A stretch of 64,000 nt of DNA, taken from assembly GCA_963805345.1 (NCBI GenBank), contig CAWDUA010000012.1:503-64502 (forward strand). The letters run 5' to 3'. Source of the stretch: an uncultured Actinomycetota bacterium (GTDB lineage Bacteria; Actinomycetota; Actinomycetes; Propionibacteriales; Nocardioidaceae). Positions within the stretch are counted from its first letter, which is position 1. Every line of letters starts with the position of its first letter. The notes beneath the pieces were generated by a model, which worked only from the letters and a program-made list of their open reading frames with translations, was not told the origin of the DNA and did no database searches. The translations under genes and the position numbers were made by a program. Shown here piece by piece: positions 37,436 through 48,713 of the stretch.

Positions 37436-38971
37436 ATGACCTCCTCGATGCACCAGGACGCCGAGTCCTGCTACCGGGCGGTGAAGAGTCGCGACCGGAG
37501 GTTCGACGGAGTCTTCTTCATCGCGGTCCGCACGACCGGCATCTACTGCCGCCCGTCCTGCCCGGCTCGCACCCCGGCGTACGAGAACGTCACCTTCCAC
37601 CCCACCGCTGCGGCCGCTCAGGCGGCCGGCTACCGGGCCTGCAAGCGCTGCCTCCCGGACGCCACGCCCGGCAGCCCCGACTGGGACGTCGCCGCCGACG
37701 TCGCCGGACGCGCGATGCGCCTCATCGCCGACGGGGTCGTCGACCGCGACGGCGTCCAAGGGCTGGCCGGACGGATCGGCTACACCCCCCGCCACCTGAC
37801 CCGGATCCTGACCCAGCAGCTCGGGGCCGGCCCGCTGGCCCTGGCCCGGGCCAAGCGGGCCCAGACCGCTCGCATCCTGCTCGAGACCACCGAGCTCGGA
37901 GCGGCCGACGTCGCCTTCGCCGCGGGCTTCAGCAGCGTGCGCCAGTTCAACGACACCGTTCGCGAGGTCTACGCGTCGACTCCGACCGAGCTGCGTGGGC
38001 GGCGCGCCCACGGCTCCTCAGGGGGCACCATCCAGCTGCGTCTGGCCGTGCGGACGCCCTTCGCCGGTGCCGCCCTGCTGGGCTTCCTCGCGGTCCGGGC
38101 CGTGCCCGGTGTCGAGGGCGTCGCCGGCACGACGTACCGCCGCACGCTGCGACTTCCCCACGGCGCCGGCACCGTCGCGCTCGAGCTCGCGGACCAGCCC
38201 GAGGCCCGCACGACAGCGTTCGTGCCGGCGACCTTCCGACTCGACGACGTGCGCGACCTCTCGGCCGCCGTGGAGCGCGTACGCCGCCTCCTCGACGCCG
38301 ACTGTGATCCCGTGGCGGTCGCCGACTCGTTCGCCGGCGATCCGGTGCTCGGCGCCCTGACCCGGGCCGCGCCCGGCCTTCGCGTGCCTGGTCACGTCGA
38401 CGGCGACGAGCTGGCCGTGCGCGCGGTGCTCGGGCAGCAGGTGACAGTCGCGGCGGCCCGCACCGCCGCCGCACGGCTGACCCTCGCCCACGGCTCGCCC
38501 CTTCGGCGGCCCGAGCAGCCGGGCGAGCCGACGGCACTCACCCACCTCTTCCCGACGGCCGAGCGGCTGAGCGAGCTCGACCCGGAGTCGTTGCCCATGC
38601 CACGCGCCCGAGGGCGTGCGCTGGTGTCCCTGTGCCGTGCGCTGGCGGCCGGCGACGTACGCCTCGACCGGGGCGCCGACCGCGACGCCGTGCGGGTCGC
38701 CCTGCTCGAGATCCCCGGGATCGGACCGTGGACTGCCGACTACATCGCACTGCGGGCGCTCGGCCATCCCGACGTGTTCCTTCCCCACGACATCGGCATC
38801 CGCGATGCCCTGCGACATCTCGGTCGCGACCCCGGCGAGGCGGCGCGGCTCGCGGCCGGATGGAGCCCCTGGCGCTCCTACGCCCAGCTGCACCTCTGGC
38901 ACACCCTCACCCCACCGGTGGCCGAGGAGGCCGCACCGCGGCCGCCTCGAGACCACGCGAAAGGACACTGA
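37436..38971 (+). CDS. alkA: Ada-AlkA fusion (methylphosphotriester repair / 3-methyladenine glycosylase)
   Basis: RFDG..TTGIYCRPSC..RACKRC, AraC HTH, GIGPWTA..GHPD, WSPWRSYA. Confidence 0.95.
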   Translation: MTSSMHQDAESCYRAVKSRDRRFDGVFFIAVRTTGIYCRPSCPARTPAYENVTFHPTAAAAQAAGYRACKRCLPDATPGSPDWDVAADVAGRAMRLIADGVVDRDGVQGLAGRIGYTPRHLTRILTQQLGAGPLALARAKRAQTARILLETTELGAADVAFAAGFSSVRQFNDTVREVYASTPTELRGRRAHGSSGGTIQLRLAVRTPFAGAALLGFLAVRAVPGVEGVAGTTYRRTLRLPHGAGTVALELADQPEARTTAFVPATFRLDDVRDLSAAVERVRRLLDADCDPVAVADSFAGDPVLGALTRAAPGLRVPGHVDGDELAVRAVLGQQVTVAAARTAAARLTLAHGSPLRRPEQPGEPTALTHLFPTAERLSELDPESLPMPRARGRALVSLCRALAAGDVRLDRGADRDAVRVALLEIPGIGPWTADYIALRALGHPDVFLPHDIGIRDALRHLGRDPGEAARLAAGWSPWRSYAQLHLWHTLTPPVAEEAAPRPPRDHAKGH

Positions 38972-38972
38972 C

Positions 38973-39452
38973 ATGTGGACCCTGATGGACTCGCCCGTCG
39001 GCGAGCTGCGGATCGTCGAGCAGGACGGCGCGATCACCGCGATCGAGTTCAGCCCGTTCCGCGACCACGACGGCCGCCCGCGCGGTGACCGTGACGACGC
39101 GTCCCCCGTACTGGCGGAGACCGTGCGCCAGCTGCGGGCGTACTTCGACCGCGACCTCAAGGAGTTCGACCTGCCTCTGGCACCCGCCGGGTCGGTGTTC
39201 CAGCAGTCGGTGTGGGAGCAGCTGCGCCTCATCGGCTACGGCGACACCGCGTCGTACGGCCAGATCGCGCACCGACTCGGACGCACCAACGCCGCGTCGC
39301 GCGCCGTCGGCCTGGCCAACGGCAGCAACCCGATCCCGATCGTCATCCCGTGCCACCGCGTGATCGGTGCCGACGGGACCCTCACCGGCTACGCCGGAGG
39401 GATCGAGCGCAAGCAGACGTTGCTCGAGCTCGAGCAGGACGCCCTGTTCTGA
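38973..39452 (+). CDS. ogt: O6-methylguanine-DNA methyltransferase
   Basis: RAVGLANGSNP..IPCHRVIG. Confidence 0.96.
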   Translation: MWTLMDSPVGELRIVEQDGAITAIEFSPFRDHDGRPRGDRDDASPVLAETVRQLRAYFDRDLKEFDLPLAPAGSVFQQSVWEQLRLIGYGDTASYGQIAHRLGRTNAASRAVGLANGSNPIPIVIPCHRVIGADGTLTGYAGGIERKQTLLELEQDALF

Positions 39453-39838
39453 TGGTGTTCTCCAGCCCGATGGTCAACGTGTACGTGCGCGAGCTGCCGG
39501 CCGCGTTGGACTTCTACTCCCGGCTCGGCTTCGAGGAGACGTTCCGGGCGCCGACCCGGGAGTCTCCCGACCATGTCGAGCTGCGGCTCGACGGGGTGAC
39601 CATCGCCCTGTCGACGGTCGCGGCGGCCGAGCGGGTGCACGGTCTGCGCGCCGTCCCCGGCGCGCACGGCTTCCAGCTGGTGGTCTGGTGCGACGACGTC
39701 GACGAGGCGTACGACGCGCTGGTCGCAGCCGGCGTACCCGCGCACACCCCGCCCCACGACACGGGCAACGACAACCGCAATGCGGTCGTCCGCGATCCCG
39801 ACGGCAACCTCGTCGAGCTGGTGGCCCGGCAGCGCTGA
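39452..39838 (+). CDS. VOC/glyoxalase family protein
   Basis: FYSRLGF..VRDPDGNLVEL; TGATG coupling to ogt. Confidence 0.9.
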   Translation: MVFSSPMVNVYVRELPAALDFYSRLGFEETFRAPTRESPDHVELRLDGVTIALSTVAAAERVHGLRAVPGAHGFQLVVWCDDVDEAYDALVAAGVPAHTPPHDTGNDNRNAVVRDPDGNLVELVARQR

Positions 39839-39850
39839 GATCGCGCGTCA

Positions 39851-39942
39851 CAGCTTCATCATGTGAAGGTGTCGAACCACCGCTTCACACGGTGAGCTCA
39901 CCATGAGAACCAGCGCTGCACCAGGTGACCATGGTGAAGCTG
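39851..39942. repeat. REP-like palindromic intergenic element, copy 1
   Basis: CAGCTTCATCATG...CATGGTGAAGCTG; core homologous to 50648-50737. Confidence 0.8.
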
Positions 39943-39979
39943 TTCGCTCGTGACCGAGGCTCCCGGCCGAGCGGAGCGG

Positions 39980-40702
39980 TCATTCAGCCGCAGCCCGGCG
40001 CAGCGACTCCGAGAGCCGCTCGGCGGCGGCGACGACCGCGGGGGCGTGCATCCGGCCGGGCTGGCGCGACAGCCGCTCGAGCGGGCCGCTGACCGACACC
40101 GCGGCCACGATCTTGCCGCTGGGGGAGCGCACCGGGGCCGACACCGAGGCCACGCCCTGCTCGCGCTCGCCGACCGACTGCGCCCAGCCGCGACGACGGA
40201 TGCCGGACAACGCGGCCGCCGAGAAGGCGGCGTTCTGCAGGCCACGGTGGATGCGCTCGGGGTCCTCCCAGGCGAGCAGCACCTGCGCGGCCGAGCCCGC
40301 ACGCATGGTCAGCTGCGAGCCCACCGGGATGGTGTCGCGCAGGCCGGACGGCCGCTCGGCGGCGGCGACGCACACGCGGTAGTCGCCCTGACGACGCCAC
40401 AGCTGCGACGACTCACCGGTGATGTCGCGCAGCCGAGCGAGCACCGGTCCGGCGGTGGCGAGCAGGCGGTCCTCGCCGGCCGCCACCGACAGCTCGGCGA
40501 GGCGCGGACCGAGCACGAAGCGGCCCTGGAGGTCGCGTGCCACGAGCCGGTGGTGCTCGAGCGCCACGGCGAGACGGTGGGCCGTGGGCCGAGCGAGGCC
40601 GGTCGCGGTGACCAGACCGGCCAGCGTGGCAGGCCCGGACTCGAGCGCCGTGAGCACGAGAGCGGCCTTGTCGAGCACCCCGACGCCGCTGGTGGTGTCC
40701 AT
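39980..40702 (-). CDS. IclR family regulator (NdgR/LtbR-like)
   Basis: [34 protein letters not shown]; divergent from leuC. Confidence 0.95.
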   Translation of the reverse strand: MDTTSGVGVLDKAALVLTALESGPATLAGLVTATGLARPTAHRLAVALEHHRLVARDLQGRFVLGPRLAELSVAAGEDRLLATAGPVLARLRDITGESSQLWRRQGDYRVCVAAAERPSGLRDTIPVGSQLTMRAGSAAQVLLAWEDPERIHRGLQNAAFSAAALSGIRRRGWAQSVGEREQGVASVSAPVRSPSGKIVAAVSVSGPLERLSRQPGRMHAPAVVAAAERLSESLRRAAAE

Positions 40703-40716
40703 ATGGCAATACTGCC

Positions 40717-40733
40717 GTCTCAGATCCTGGGAC
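40717..40733. promoter_or_regulatory. Candidate IclR operator
   Basis: GTCTCA-GATCC-TGGGAC imperfect palindrome between the IclR gene and leuC. Confidence 0.45.
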
Positions 40734-40795
40734 GCAAGTTGTAGAGTCGAGGGCACGACGGGCAGCACCATCGGAGGACGCGAGGAGGAGGAGCC

Positions 40796-42250
40796 ATGGG
40801 CAGGACCCTGGCCGAGAAGGTCTGGGACGAGCACCTGGTACGGACGGCACCACCAGGGAGCGGAGAGCCGGACCTCCTCTACATCGACCTCCACCTGATC
40901 CACGAGGTGACCTCTCCGCAGGCGTTCGACGGCCTGCGGCTGGCCGGACGCACCGTACGACGACCGGATCTGACGCTGGCGACCGAGGACCACAACGTCC
41001 CGACGCTCGACTGGGACCAGCCGATCAAGGACCCCGTCAGTCGGACCCAGGTCGAGACCCTGCGCCGCAACGCCGAGGAGTTCGGTGTGCGTCTGCATCC
41101 GCTCGGCGACCTCGACCAAGGCATCGTCCACGTCGTCGGACCGCAGCTGGGGCTGACCCAGCCGGGCATGACGATCGTCTGCGGCGACTCCCACACCTCG
41201 ACCCATGGCGCGTTCGGCGCCTTGGCGTTCGGCATCGGCACCTCCGAGGTCGAGCACGTGCTCGCCACCCAGACCCTGCCGCAGGCACGCCCGAAGACGA
41301 TGGCCGTCACCGTCACCGGCACGCTGCAGGACGGCGTGACGGCCAAGGACCTCGTCTTGAGCCTGATCACCCACACCGGCACCGGCGGAGGCCAGGGCTA
41401 CGTCGTGGAGTACCGCGGGCCTGCCATCGAGTCGCTCTCGATGGAGGCGCGCATGACGGTGTGCAACATGAGCATCGAATGGGGCGCGAAGGCCGGTCTG
41501 ATCGCACCCGACCAGACCACCTTCGACTACCTGGAAGGACGACCCGAGGCGCCGACCGGCGCCGCGTGGGACGCGGCGGTGGCGCACTGGAAGACCTTGG
41601 TCACCGACGAGGACGCGACGTACGACGAGGAGATCGTGCTCGACGCGAGCGCCGTGACACCCTTCGTCACGTGGGGCACCAACCCGGGGCAGGGCGTGCC
41701 GTTGGCCGGCTCGGTCCCGCAGCCCGACGACTTCGCCGAGGAGAGCGACCGCGTCGGCGCACGCAAGGCGCTGGAGTACATGGGGCTCGAGGCCGGGACC
41801 CCCATGCGGGACATCCACGTCGACACCGTGTTCGTCGGCTCGTGCACCAACGGGCGGATCGAGGACCTGCGTGCCGCGGCGGAGATCCTTGCCGGTCGCT
41901 CGGTCGCCGAGGGGACGCGCCTCCTCGTCGTACCGGGCTCGGTCCGGGTCCGGCTGCAGGCCGAGGAGGAGGGCCTCGACGTCGTCGTCAAGGAAGCCGG
42001 CGGCGAGTGGCGTGGCGCAGGCTGTTCGATGTGTCTGGGGATGAACCCCGACCAGCTCGCACCGCAGGAGCGCAGCGCCTCGACGTCCAACCGCAACTTC
42101 GAAGGACGACAGGGCAAGGGTGGTCGCACCCATCTGGTCTCCGTCCCGGTCGCCGCCGCGACCGCGATCCGCGGCACGCTCAGCTCGCCTGCGGACCTGG
42201 GACCCGCGGCGGCCGAGCCCGTCGAGACGACGACCACCGGAGGTCAGTGA
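40796..42250 (+). CDS. leuC: 3-isopropylmalate dehydratase large subunit
   Basis: [38 protein letters not shown]. Confidence 0.98.
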   Translation: MGRTLAEKVWDEHLVRTAPPGSGEPDLLYIDLHLIHEVTSPQAFDGLRLAGRTVRRPDLTLATEDHNVPTLDWDQPIKDPVSRTQVETLRRNAEEFGVRLHPLGDLDQGIVHVVGPQLGLTQPGMTIVCGDSHTSTHGAFGALAFGIGTSEVEHVLATQTLPQARPKTMAVTVTGTLQDGVTAKDLVLSLITHTGTGGGQGYVVEYRGPAIESLSMEARMTVCNMSIEWGAKAGLIAPDQTTFDYLEGRPEAPTGAAWDAAVAHWKTLVTDEDATYDEEIVLDASAVTPFVTWGTNPGQGVPLAGSVPQPDDFAEESDRVGARKALEYMGLEAGTPMRDIHVDTVFVGSCTNGRIEDLRAAAEILAGRSVAEGTRLLVVPGSVRVRLQAEEEGLDVVVKEAGGEWRGAGCSMCLGMNPDQLAPQERSASTSNRNFEGRQGKGGRTHLVSVPVAAATAIRGTLSSPADLGPAAAEPVETTTTGGQ

Positions 42251-42849
42251 TGGACGCGTTCACCCACCACACCGGCGTCGGCGTACCGCTCAGGCGCAGC
42301 AACGTCGACACCGACCAGATCATCCCCGCGGTCTACCTCAAGCGGGTGACGCGCACGGGATTCGAGGACGGGCTCTTCGCGGCCTGGCGCAACGACCCGG
42401 GCTTCGTGCTCAACCAGCCGGCGTACGCCGCCGGCTCGGTGCTCGTGGCCGGCCCCGACTTCGGCACCGGCTCGTCTCGCGAACACGCCGTGTGGGCCCT
42501 GCAGAACTACGGCTTCCGCGTCGTGCTGTCGCCCCGCTTCGGCGACATCTTCCGCGGCAACGCCGGCAAGGCCGGGCTGCTCGCCGCGCAGGTCGACGAC
42601 AAGGTGGTGCTCCGGTTGTGGGACCTGCTCGAGGCCGAGCCCGGTACGACGGTCAGCGTCGACCTCGTCGCCCGAACGGTGCGCGCGGGCTCCGGGCCTG
42701 ACGCCGTCGAGGACTCCTTCGACATCGACGACTACACCCGATGGCGTCTCCTCGAGGGTCTCGACGACATCTCGCTGACATTGGCCCATGAGGCCGACAT
42801 CTCTGCCTACGAAGCAGATCGTCCGAGCTGGAAGCCCGCCACGCTCTGA
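42250..42849 (+). CDS. leuD: 3-isopropylmalate dehydratase small subunit
   Basis: [19 protein letters not shown]. Confidence 0.98.
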   Translation: MDAFTHHTGVGVPLRRSNVDTDQIIPAVYLKRVTRTGFEDGLFAAWRNDPGFVLNQPAYAAGSVLVAGPDFGTGSSREHAVWALQNYGFRVVLSPRFGDIFRGNAGKAGLLAAQVDDKVVLRLWDLLEAEPGTTVSVDLVARTVRAGSGPDAVEDSFDIDDYTRWRLLEGLDDISLTLAHEADISAYEADRPSWKPATL

Positions 42850-43118
42850 CCCGACGGTCCACCGAGTACCTGGTCGGAACGCAGAAAGCCCGCAGAACAA
42901 GGGGATTCTCCTCGGATGTGTCTCGAGGTGCGTGCGGTCCTTCGGGTTCACGCAGGCCACGACGGAGGCGAGAAAGGCTAGGTTGAGCCAGATTCTCCGG
43001 AAAAAACACGTCGCGAAACCGGCCGAGGTGATTGTGGCCCGCGCTGTGAGTACATAGCGTTCACAACAAGTCGTCGGGCAACGGCCCGACCACGTCGTAC
43101 TTTTGCGAAAGGGAAGCC

Positions 43119-43757
43119 GTGAACAAGTCTCAGCTCATCGACGCGCTGGCTGCGCGTTACGAGGGGAACCGCAAGCAGGCCCAGCACGCGCTGGACTCCG
43201 TCCTCGACACGATCACCCGTGAGGTGGCCAAGGGCGAGAAGGTCGCGATCACGGGCTTCGGGTCGTTCGAGAAGCGCGTCCGGGAGGCCCGCTGGGTGCG
43301 CAACCCGCAGACCGGTGCGCGGATCAAGGCCAAGAAGACGGCGGTACCGAAGTTCACCGCCGGCGCGGACCTGAAGAACGTCGTGTCCGGCGCCAAGAAG
43401 CTGCCGAAGCTGACCCTGGCTGCCGGCAGCGCCGCCGCGAAGAAGACCACCGCGGCCGCCAAGAAGGCGACCCCGGCGAAGAAGACCACCGCCAAGAAGG
43501 CCGCACCGGCCAAGAAGGCCGCCCCCGCCGCGAAGAAGGCCGCACCGGCGAAGAAGACGACGGCCAAGAAGGCTCCGGCCAAGAAGGCTCCGGCGAAGAA
43601 GGCTCCGGCGAAGAAGGCTCCGGCCGCGAAGAAGGCTCCGGCCAAGAAGACGGTGGCGAAGAAGGCCCCGGCCAAGAAGGCCCCGGCCAAGAAGACCACC
43701 GCGAAGAAGACCACCGCGAAGAAGGCTCCGGCGAAGAAGACCGCCAAGAAGTCCTGA
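43119..43757 (+). CDS. hup: HU protein with Lys/Ala-rich PAKK tail
   Basis: MNKSQLID..GFGSFE..RNPQTG..PKF; (PAKKA)n tail. Confidence 0.97.
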   Translation: MNKSQLIDALAARYEGNRKQAQHALDSVLDTITREVAKGEKVAITGFGSFEKRVREARWVRNPQTGARIKAKKTAVPKFTAGADLKNVVSGAKKLPKLTLAAGSAAAKKTTAAAKKATPAKKTTAKKAAPAKKAAPAAKKAAPAKKTTAKKAPAKKAPAKKAPAKKAPAAKKAPAKKTVAKKAPAKKAPAKKTTAKKTTAKKAPAKKTAKKS

Positions 43758-43762
43758 GCAAC

Positions 43763-43798
43763 ACGAAGGGGGCCGTCCGCGAGGACGGCCCCCTTCGT
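43763..43798. terminator. Bidirectional hairpin terminator between hup and cofC
   Basis: Perfect 16-bp stem ACGAAGGGGGCCGTCC-GCGA-GGACGGCCCCCTTCGT. Confidence 0.85.
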
Positions 43799-43808
43799 CA
43801 TGCCCGAG

Positions 43809-44431
43809 TCAGGCGAGCAGAGCCAGCCGGGTGTGGGCGCCCACACCCAGCTCCACGGCCGCGGCGAGGGCGGCCCGATCGTCGACGTCCATCCGCAACG
43901 AGGGGACGGGAAGGGTGATCTCGCGGGCGCCCGCATGCAGGTGCGCCTGTCGCGAGCCCGTCCGAAGTGCGGTGCGAAGCCGTCGTACGCCGCGGTGTAG
44001 AGCGTGGTGCCGACGCCGTCGTGGTCGGCGACGAAGGAGGCGCGCGAGCCGGTCGTCGCCACGTCGTCGAGCACCGCGTCGAGGTCCGCGGGCAGCAGCG
44101 CCGGCAGGTCGGCGCAGACCGCCAGGGGTACGGCGTCCGGCCAACGACGCGCCGCCTCCGCGGCCGCCTGTCGGAGAGACTCGTTGAGGTCGCCGGTCAC
44201 CCCGTCGGGAATGGGCTCGCACCCGGCCGAGCGCAGGTCGTCGGCGAAGTGGGCGTCGTCGGTGACGGCGAGCACCGCCGTCACGCCCGCCGCCGCGAGG
44301 CAGGCACGGCCCGTGTCGAGGGCGAACGCGGCCGCCAGTGCACGACGGCGTGACGGGTCGACATCGAGGCGTGACTTCCCGCGTGCCGGTGGCTTCACGG
44401 GGAGCAGCACGACGTAGGTGGATCCGGTCAT
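43809..44431 (-). CDS. cofC: 2-phospho-L-lactate guanylyltransferase (F420 synthesis), 1-nt frameshift near 43960
   Basis: VLLPVK..GKSRL, ADLPAL, GVGTTLY; the C-terminus LRMDVDD..LGVG lies in another frame. Confidence 0.88.
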
Positions 44432-44546
44432 CGGGTCGATCCTGTCAGGACGTGGTCACGGATGCGTGACCGAGTAGCGTGACCCCCGCACACCGGTGCT
44501 CGGGGCCGACCGGACCCAGGGCCGACCACGGCCAGACCGAGGGAGG

Positions 44547-45329
44547 ATGCAGGTGACGGTGCGACCCGTCCGGCGGTTGCAGGAGAAACGCGGTTGGGCG
44601 TTCAACCTCGCCGTGCCGATCCTCAAGCCGACCCTGCTGGCCACCACGCGTCGTACCTGGATCGACGGGGAGAAGATCCCGGCGACCGGTGGCTGCATCC
44701 TGGTCTTCAACCACGTGTCCCACGTCGACCCCCTCACCGCCGCCCACATCGTCTACGACCACGGACGCAAGCCCCGCTACCTCGCGAAGTCGGGCCTGTT
44801 CAAGAACCCCGCTCTCGGCTACTTCCTGCGCTCGGCCGGGCAGATCCCGGTCGAGCGACTCACCAAGAACGCCAAGGGCGCCTTCGACGCCGCGGTCGCG
44901 GCAGTCGAGTCGGGGGAGTGCGTGGTCGTCTACCCCGAGGGCACGCTGACCCGCGACCCCGACCTGTGGCCCATGGTCGGCAAGTCGGGTGCCGCACGGA
45001 TCGCCCTGGAGACCGGTTGCCCGGTGGTCCCGATCGGCCAGTGGGGTGCCCACGACCTGCTCTACCCCTATGCCAAGAGACCGCACCTCGTGCCTCGCGC
45101 CAAGATCACGATGAAGGTCGGTGATCCGGTGCCACTCGACGACCTGAGGGCGTTGCCCCATACCCAGGACGTGATCAACCAGGCGACGGCCCGGATCATG
45201 GAGGCGTTGACCCATCTCGTGGAGGACCTGCGCGGCCAGAAGGCACCGGCCGAGCGGTTCGACCCGCGGAAGAAGGGGCTGAGCGAGACCGGTGACTTCC
45301 GCAAGCCACCCCGTGAGCAGCAGCCATGA
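44547..45329 (+). CDS. Lysophospholipid acyltransferase (PlsC family)
   Basis: NHVSHVD, YPEGT. Confidence 0.93.
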   Translation: MQVTVRPVRRLQEKRGWAFNLAVPILKPTLLATTRRTWIDGEKIPATGGCILVFNHVSHVDPLTAAHIVYDHGRKPRYLAKSGLFKNPALGYFLRSAGQIPVERLTKNAKGAFDAAVAAVESGECVVVYPEGTLTRDPDLWPMVGKSGAARIALETGCPVVPIGQWGAHDLLYPYAKRPHLVPRAKITMKVGDPVPLDDLRALPHTQDVINQATARIMEALTHLVEDLRGQKAPAERFDPRKKGLSETGDFRKPPREQQP

Positions 45330-46327
45330 CGCGCATCTGCGTGCTGGGGGCCGGCTCCTGGGGTACGGCGTTCTCGCTCGTGCTCGCGGACGCCGGCAAC
45401 GACGTCACGTTGTGGGCCCGTCGCGAGGAGGTGTGCGACACCATCAACCGGCGCCGGGAGAACACCGACTACCTCCCGGGCGTGGAGCTGCCGGCGAAGG
45501 TCACGGCGACCCACGACACCGAGCGGGCGCTGGCCGACGCCGAAGTGGTCGTGTTCGCGGTGCCGTCGCAGACCTTCCGGGCCAACCTCGAGGAGTGGGC
45601 GCCGTACGTACCCACCTCGGCGGTGATGGTCTCGCTGATGAAGGGCGTCGAGCTCGGCACGCTCAAGCGGATGAGCGAGGTCATCGGGGAGGTGGCTGAC
45701 GCCGGGCCGGAGCGCATCGCCGTGATCAGCGGACCCAACCTCTCCCACGAGATCTCGCAGCGTGAGCCCGCCGCCTCGGTCGTCGCGTGCGCCGACGAGT
45801 CCGTTGCGCAGGGGCTCCAGCGCCTCGTGCACTCGCCGGCGTTCCGGCCCTACACGAGTGTCGACGTGGTCGGCTGCGAGCTCGGTGGGGCCTACAAGAA
45901 CGTGGTGGCGCTGTCGGTCGGGATGGCGGTCGGTCTCGGCTTCGGCGACAACACCACGGCCTCCGTGATCACCCGCGGTCTGGCCGAGACGGCCCGCCTC
46001 GCGATGGCGATGGACGCCAACCCGCTGACCCTCATGGGACTGGCCGGTCTCGGCGACCTCGTCGCCACCTGCTCGTCACCGCTCTCGCGCAACCGGACGT
46101 TCGGCGAGAAGCTCGGACTCGGCATGACCACCGAGGAGATCGTCGCCTCGACCCGTCAGGTCGCCGAGGGCGCGAAGTCGTGCTCGTCGTTGCTGGCGCT
46201 GGCCGCCAAGGTCGGCGTGGACGCCCCGATCGCCGAGCACGTCGAAGCCGTCGTCGCAGGGCGGATGACCGCACCGGAGATGATGGAGGCCTTCATCGCC
46301 CGCGACACCAAGGCGGAGAGGGACTGA
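45326..46327 (+). CDS. gpsA: NAD(P)H-dependent glycerol-3-phosphate dehydrogenase
   Basis: GAGSWGTA, GAYKNVVA, GLGDLVATC..SRN. Confidence 0.97.
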   Translation: MTRICVLGAGSWGTAFSLVLADAGNDVTLWARREEVCDTINRRRENTDYLPGVELPAKVTATHDTERALADAEVVVFAVPSQTFRANLEEWAPYVPTSAVMVSLMKGVELGTLKRMSEVIGEVADAGPERIAVISGPNLSHEISQREPAASVVACADESVAQGLQRLVHSPAFRPYTSVDVVGCELGGAYKNVVALSVGMAVGLGFGDNTTASVITRGLAETARLAMAMDANPLTLMGLAGLGDLVATCSSPLSRNRTFGEKLGLGMTTEEIVASTRQVAEGAKSCSSLLALAAKVGVDAPIAEHVEAVVAGRMTAPEMMEAFIARDTKAERD

Positions 46328-46400
46328 CGGACGAGTCGAGACCGGCGTGATCGGCGGCCGGTGCGTGGGACGAGGTCTCGACCGACTCGACGGACGGAGG

Positions 46401-47465
46401 TCAGTGGCCGTCCAGGGCCTGCGACAGATCGGCCCAGAGATCCTCGACGTCCTCGACGCCGACGCTGAGCCGGACCAGGCCCTCGGGAATGGTGGCGGGC
46501 TCGGTCTTCCACCGACGCCGTCGCTCGAGAGTCGACTCGACCCCGCCGAGCGAGGTCGCGTGCACCCACAGCGCGGTCGAGCGGGTGAGGACGTCGGCAG
46601 CGTCGGCGCCGCCGGCGAGGACGACCGACACGATCCCACCGAAACCCGGGTAGCGGACCTCGGCCACCGCAGGGTGACCACCCAGCCGTCGCGCGAGCTC
46701 GGTGGCGTTGCGCTCGGCTCGGTCCACCCGCAGGTGCAGGGTCCGCAGGCCGCGCAGGGCCAGCCAGGACTCCAGCGTGCCGGGGATCGCGCCGACGAGG
46801 TCGCGCCGGCCCTTCAGCACGTCGTACAGCTGGTCGTCGGTGGTCACGAGCGCTCCGAGCACCGCGTCGGCGTGCCCGGAGAGGTACTTCGTCGCCGAGT
46901 GGACGACGAGGTCGGCGCCCATCGTCAACGGGCGCTGGCGCAGCGGGGTGGCGAAGGTGTTGTCCACGACGACGTGCGCGCCGGCTTCGTGGGCGGCGGC
47001 TGCGATGGTCTCGATGTCGGCGATCTCGAGGGCGGGGTTGGTGGGCGACTCGACCCAGACCAGGGCCGCGTCGTCGCAGGCCTTGACCACCGCGTCGGTG
47101 TCGGTGATGTCGACCAGCCGTGCGGTCACCCGGCCCCGTGCCTCGAGGTCGGCCAGCTGCATGACGGTGCCGTTGTAGGCGTGCCGGGGGGCGACGACCG
47201 TCGCTCCCTGTCCCACCAGGTCGAGCACGGTGGAGACGGTGGCGAGGCCGGAGGCGAAGGCCAGGCAGCGCCCTCCCTCCAACGCGCCGAGGGCCTCCTC
47301 GAAGGCCGACCACGTCGGGTTGCCGTAGCGGCCGTACTCCAGGTCGCCGGTGGCGACGTACGTCGAGGCCATGGTGATCGGCGCGTTGAGGGGCGCGTCG
47401 GGACGGTGCTCGGGGCGCCCGGCTGTCACGGCGATGGTGTCCGGGGACCACGTGCGGTCGCTCAT
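46401..47465 (-). CDS. PLP-dependent trans-sulfuration enzyme (cystathionine gamma-synthase/lyase family)
   Basis: YGRYGNPT, ESPTNP, DNTFATP, HSATKYLSGH. Confidence 0.93.
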   Translation of the reverse strand: MSDRTWSPDTIAVTAGRPEHRPDAPLNAPITMASTYVATGDLEYGRYGNPTWSAFEEALGALEGGRCLAFASGLATVSTVLDLVGQGATVVAPRHAYNGTVMQLADLEARGRVTARLVDITDTDAVVKACDDAALVWVESPTNPALEIADIETIAAAAHEAGAHVVVDNTFATPLRQRPLTMGADLVVHSATKYLSGHADAVLGALVTTDDQLYDVLKGRRDLVGAIPGTLESWLALRGLRTLHLRVDRAERNATELARRLGGHPAVAEVRYPGFGGIVSVVLAGGADAADVLTRSTALWVHATSLGGVESTLERRRRWKTEPATIPEGLVRLSVGVEDVEDLWADLSQALDGH

Positions 47466-47497
47466 GTGGCGAGCCTACGGCCGGTAGGGTCGGCGCG

Positions 47498-48628
47498 ATG
47501 ACCGAGCCCGCCAGCCAGCACCGCAAGCCCCGCGTCGCGATCGTCTTCGGCGGGCGATCCAGCGAGCACGCCATCAGCTGCGTCACGGCCGGCAGCGTGC
47601 TCGACGCCATCGACCGCACCACCTACGACGTCGTGCCCGTCGGGATCGCGACCGACGGCCGATGGGTCCTGGAGTCCGGCGATACCGAGCGGCTGCGCAT
47701 CACCGGCCCCGACGACCTGCCGAGTGTCGACGGCGACCGCGCGTCGATCACGCTGCTGCGCGAGTCTGCGAGCGCCGACCTCGTCGTCCACGAGCCGTCC
47801 CAGCCGCCGCAGACACTGGGCGAGGTCGACGTCGTCTTCCCGCTGCTCCACGGCCCCTGGGGCGAGGACGGCACGATCCAGGGCATGTTCGAGATGGCGG
47901 GCGTGCGCTACGTCGGCGCCGGGGTGCTGGCGAGTGCGGTGGGCATGGACAAGGCCTATGCGAAGGTGGTCCTCGAGGCGGCCGGTCTTCCGGTGATGCC
48001 GGCGGTGACGGTGACCGCGCGTGAGTGGTACCGCGACCCCGACGGCGTACGGCACCGGGTCGCCGACCTCGGCTTCCCCCTGTTCGTCAAGCCCGCGCGC
48101 GCCGGGTCGAGCATGGGCATCAGCAAGGTGCACGACGCCTCCGAGCTCGACGTCGCGATCGAGGAGGCGCACCGGCACGACCCGAAGGCGCTGGTGGAGC
48201 AGGCCGCCGTGGGTGCCCGCGAGGTCGAGTGCGGGGTGCTCGAGGCGCTGGACGGCACGCCGGAGACCAGCGTGCCGGCGGAGATCCGGATCGGCGGCGA
48301 GCACGAGTTCTACGACTTCGCCGCCAAGTACCTGCCCGAGGAGCACACCCAGCTCGACGTACCGGCCGACCTTCCCGACGACGTGGCCACCGAGCTGCGC
48401 GAGATGGCGGCGCGGGCCTTCGAGGCGATCGGCTGCGAGGGGCTGGCCCGCGTGGACTTCTTCGTGATGCCGAACGGCGCGGTGGTGATCAACGAGATCA
48501 ACACCATGCCGGGCTTCACCCCGACCTCGATGTTCCCCCGCATGTGGGCGGCCACCGGACTCGACTATCCAGCCCTGGTCGACCGACTGCTCCGCCTCGC
48601 GCTCCGGCGCGGCACGGGTCTGCGCTGA
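47498..48628 (+). CDS. ddl: D-alanine--D-alanine ligase
   Basis: FGGRSSEH, LHGPWGEDG, GSSMG, NEINTMPGFT. Confidence 0.97.
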   Translation: MTEPASQHRKPRVAIVFGGRSSEHAISCVTAGSVLDAIDRTTYDVVPVGIATDGRWVLESGDTERLRITGPDDLPSVDGDRASITLLRESASADLVVHEPSQPPQTLGEVDVVFPLLHGPWGEDGTIQGMFEMAGVRYVGAGVLASAVGMDKAYAKVVLEAAGLPVMPAVTVTAREWYRDPDGVRHRVADLGFPLFVKPARAGSSMGISKVHDASELDVAIEEAHRHDPKALVEQAAVGAREVECGVLEALDGTPETSVPAEIRIGGEHEFYDFAAKYLPEEHTQLDVPADLPDDVATELREMAARAFEAIGCEGLARVDFFVMPNGAVVINEINTMPGFTPTSMFPRMWAATGLDYPALVDRLLRLALRRGTGLR

Positions 48629-48713
48629 GGGCCGTAGGGATACCCGGCGGGCCGGGGATCCCTGCACTTGTCGGGGGTTGCAACACCTGAGAAGTGCCAG
48701 GAGTGCCTCGCCC

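Noticed and set aside
39980-42133. 717-aa minus-strand ORF
   Set aside because: Only the last 240 aa are the IclR protein; the rest is the antisense shadow of leuC.
43400-43757. PAKK repeats as a novel repeat element
   Set aside because: Known histone-H1-like tail of actinobacterial HU (HupB/HupS type).
43157-43800. C-terminal FFAGA-repeat extension of cofC
   Set aside because: Antisense reading of the hup PAKK repeats, reached only through the cofC frameshift.
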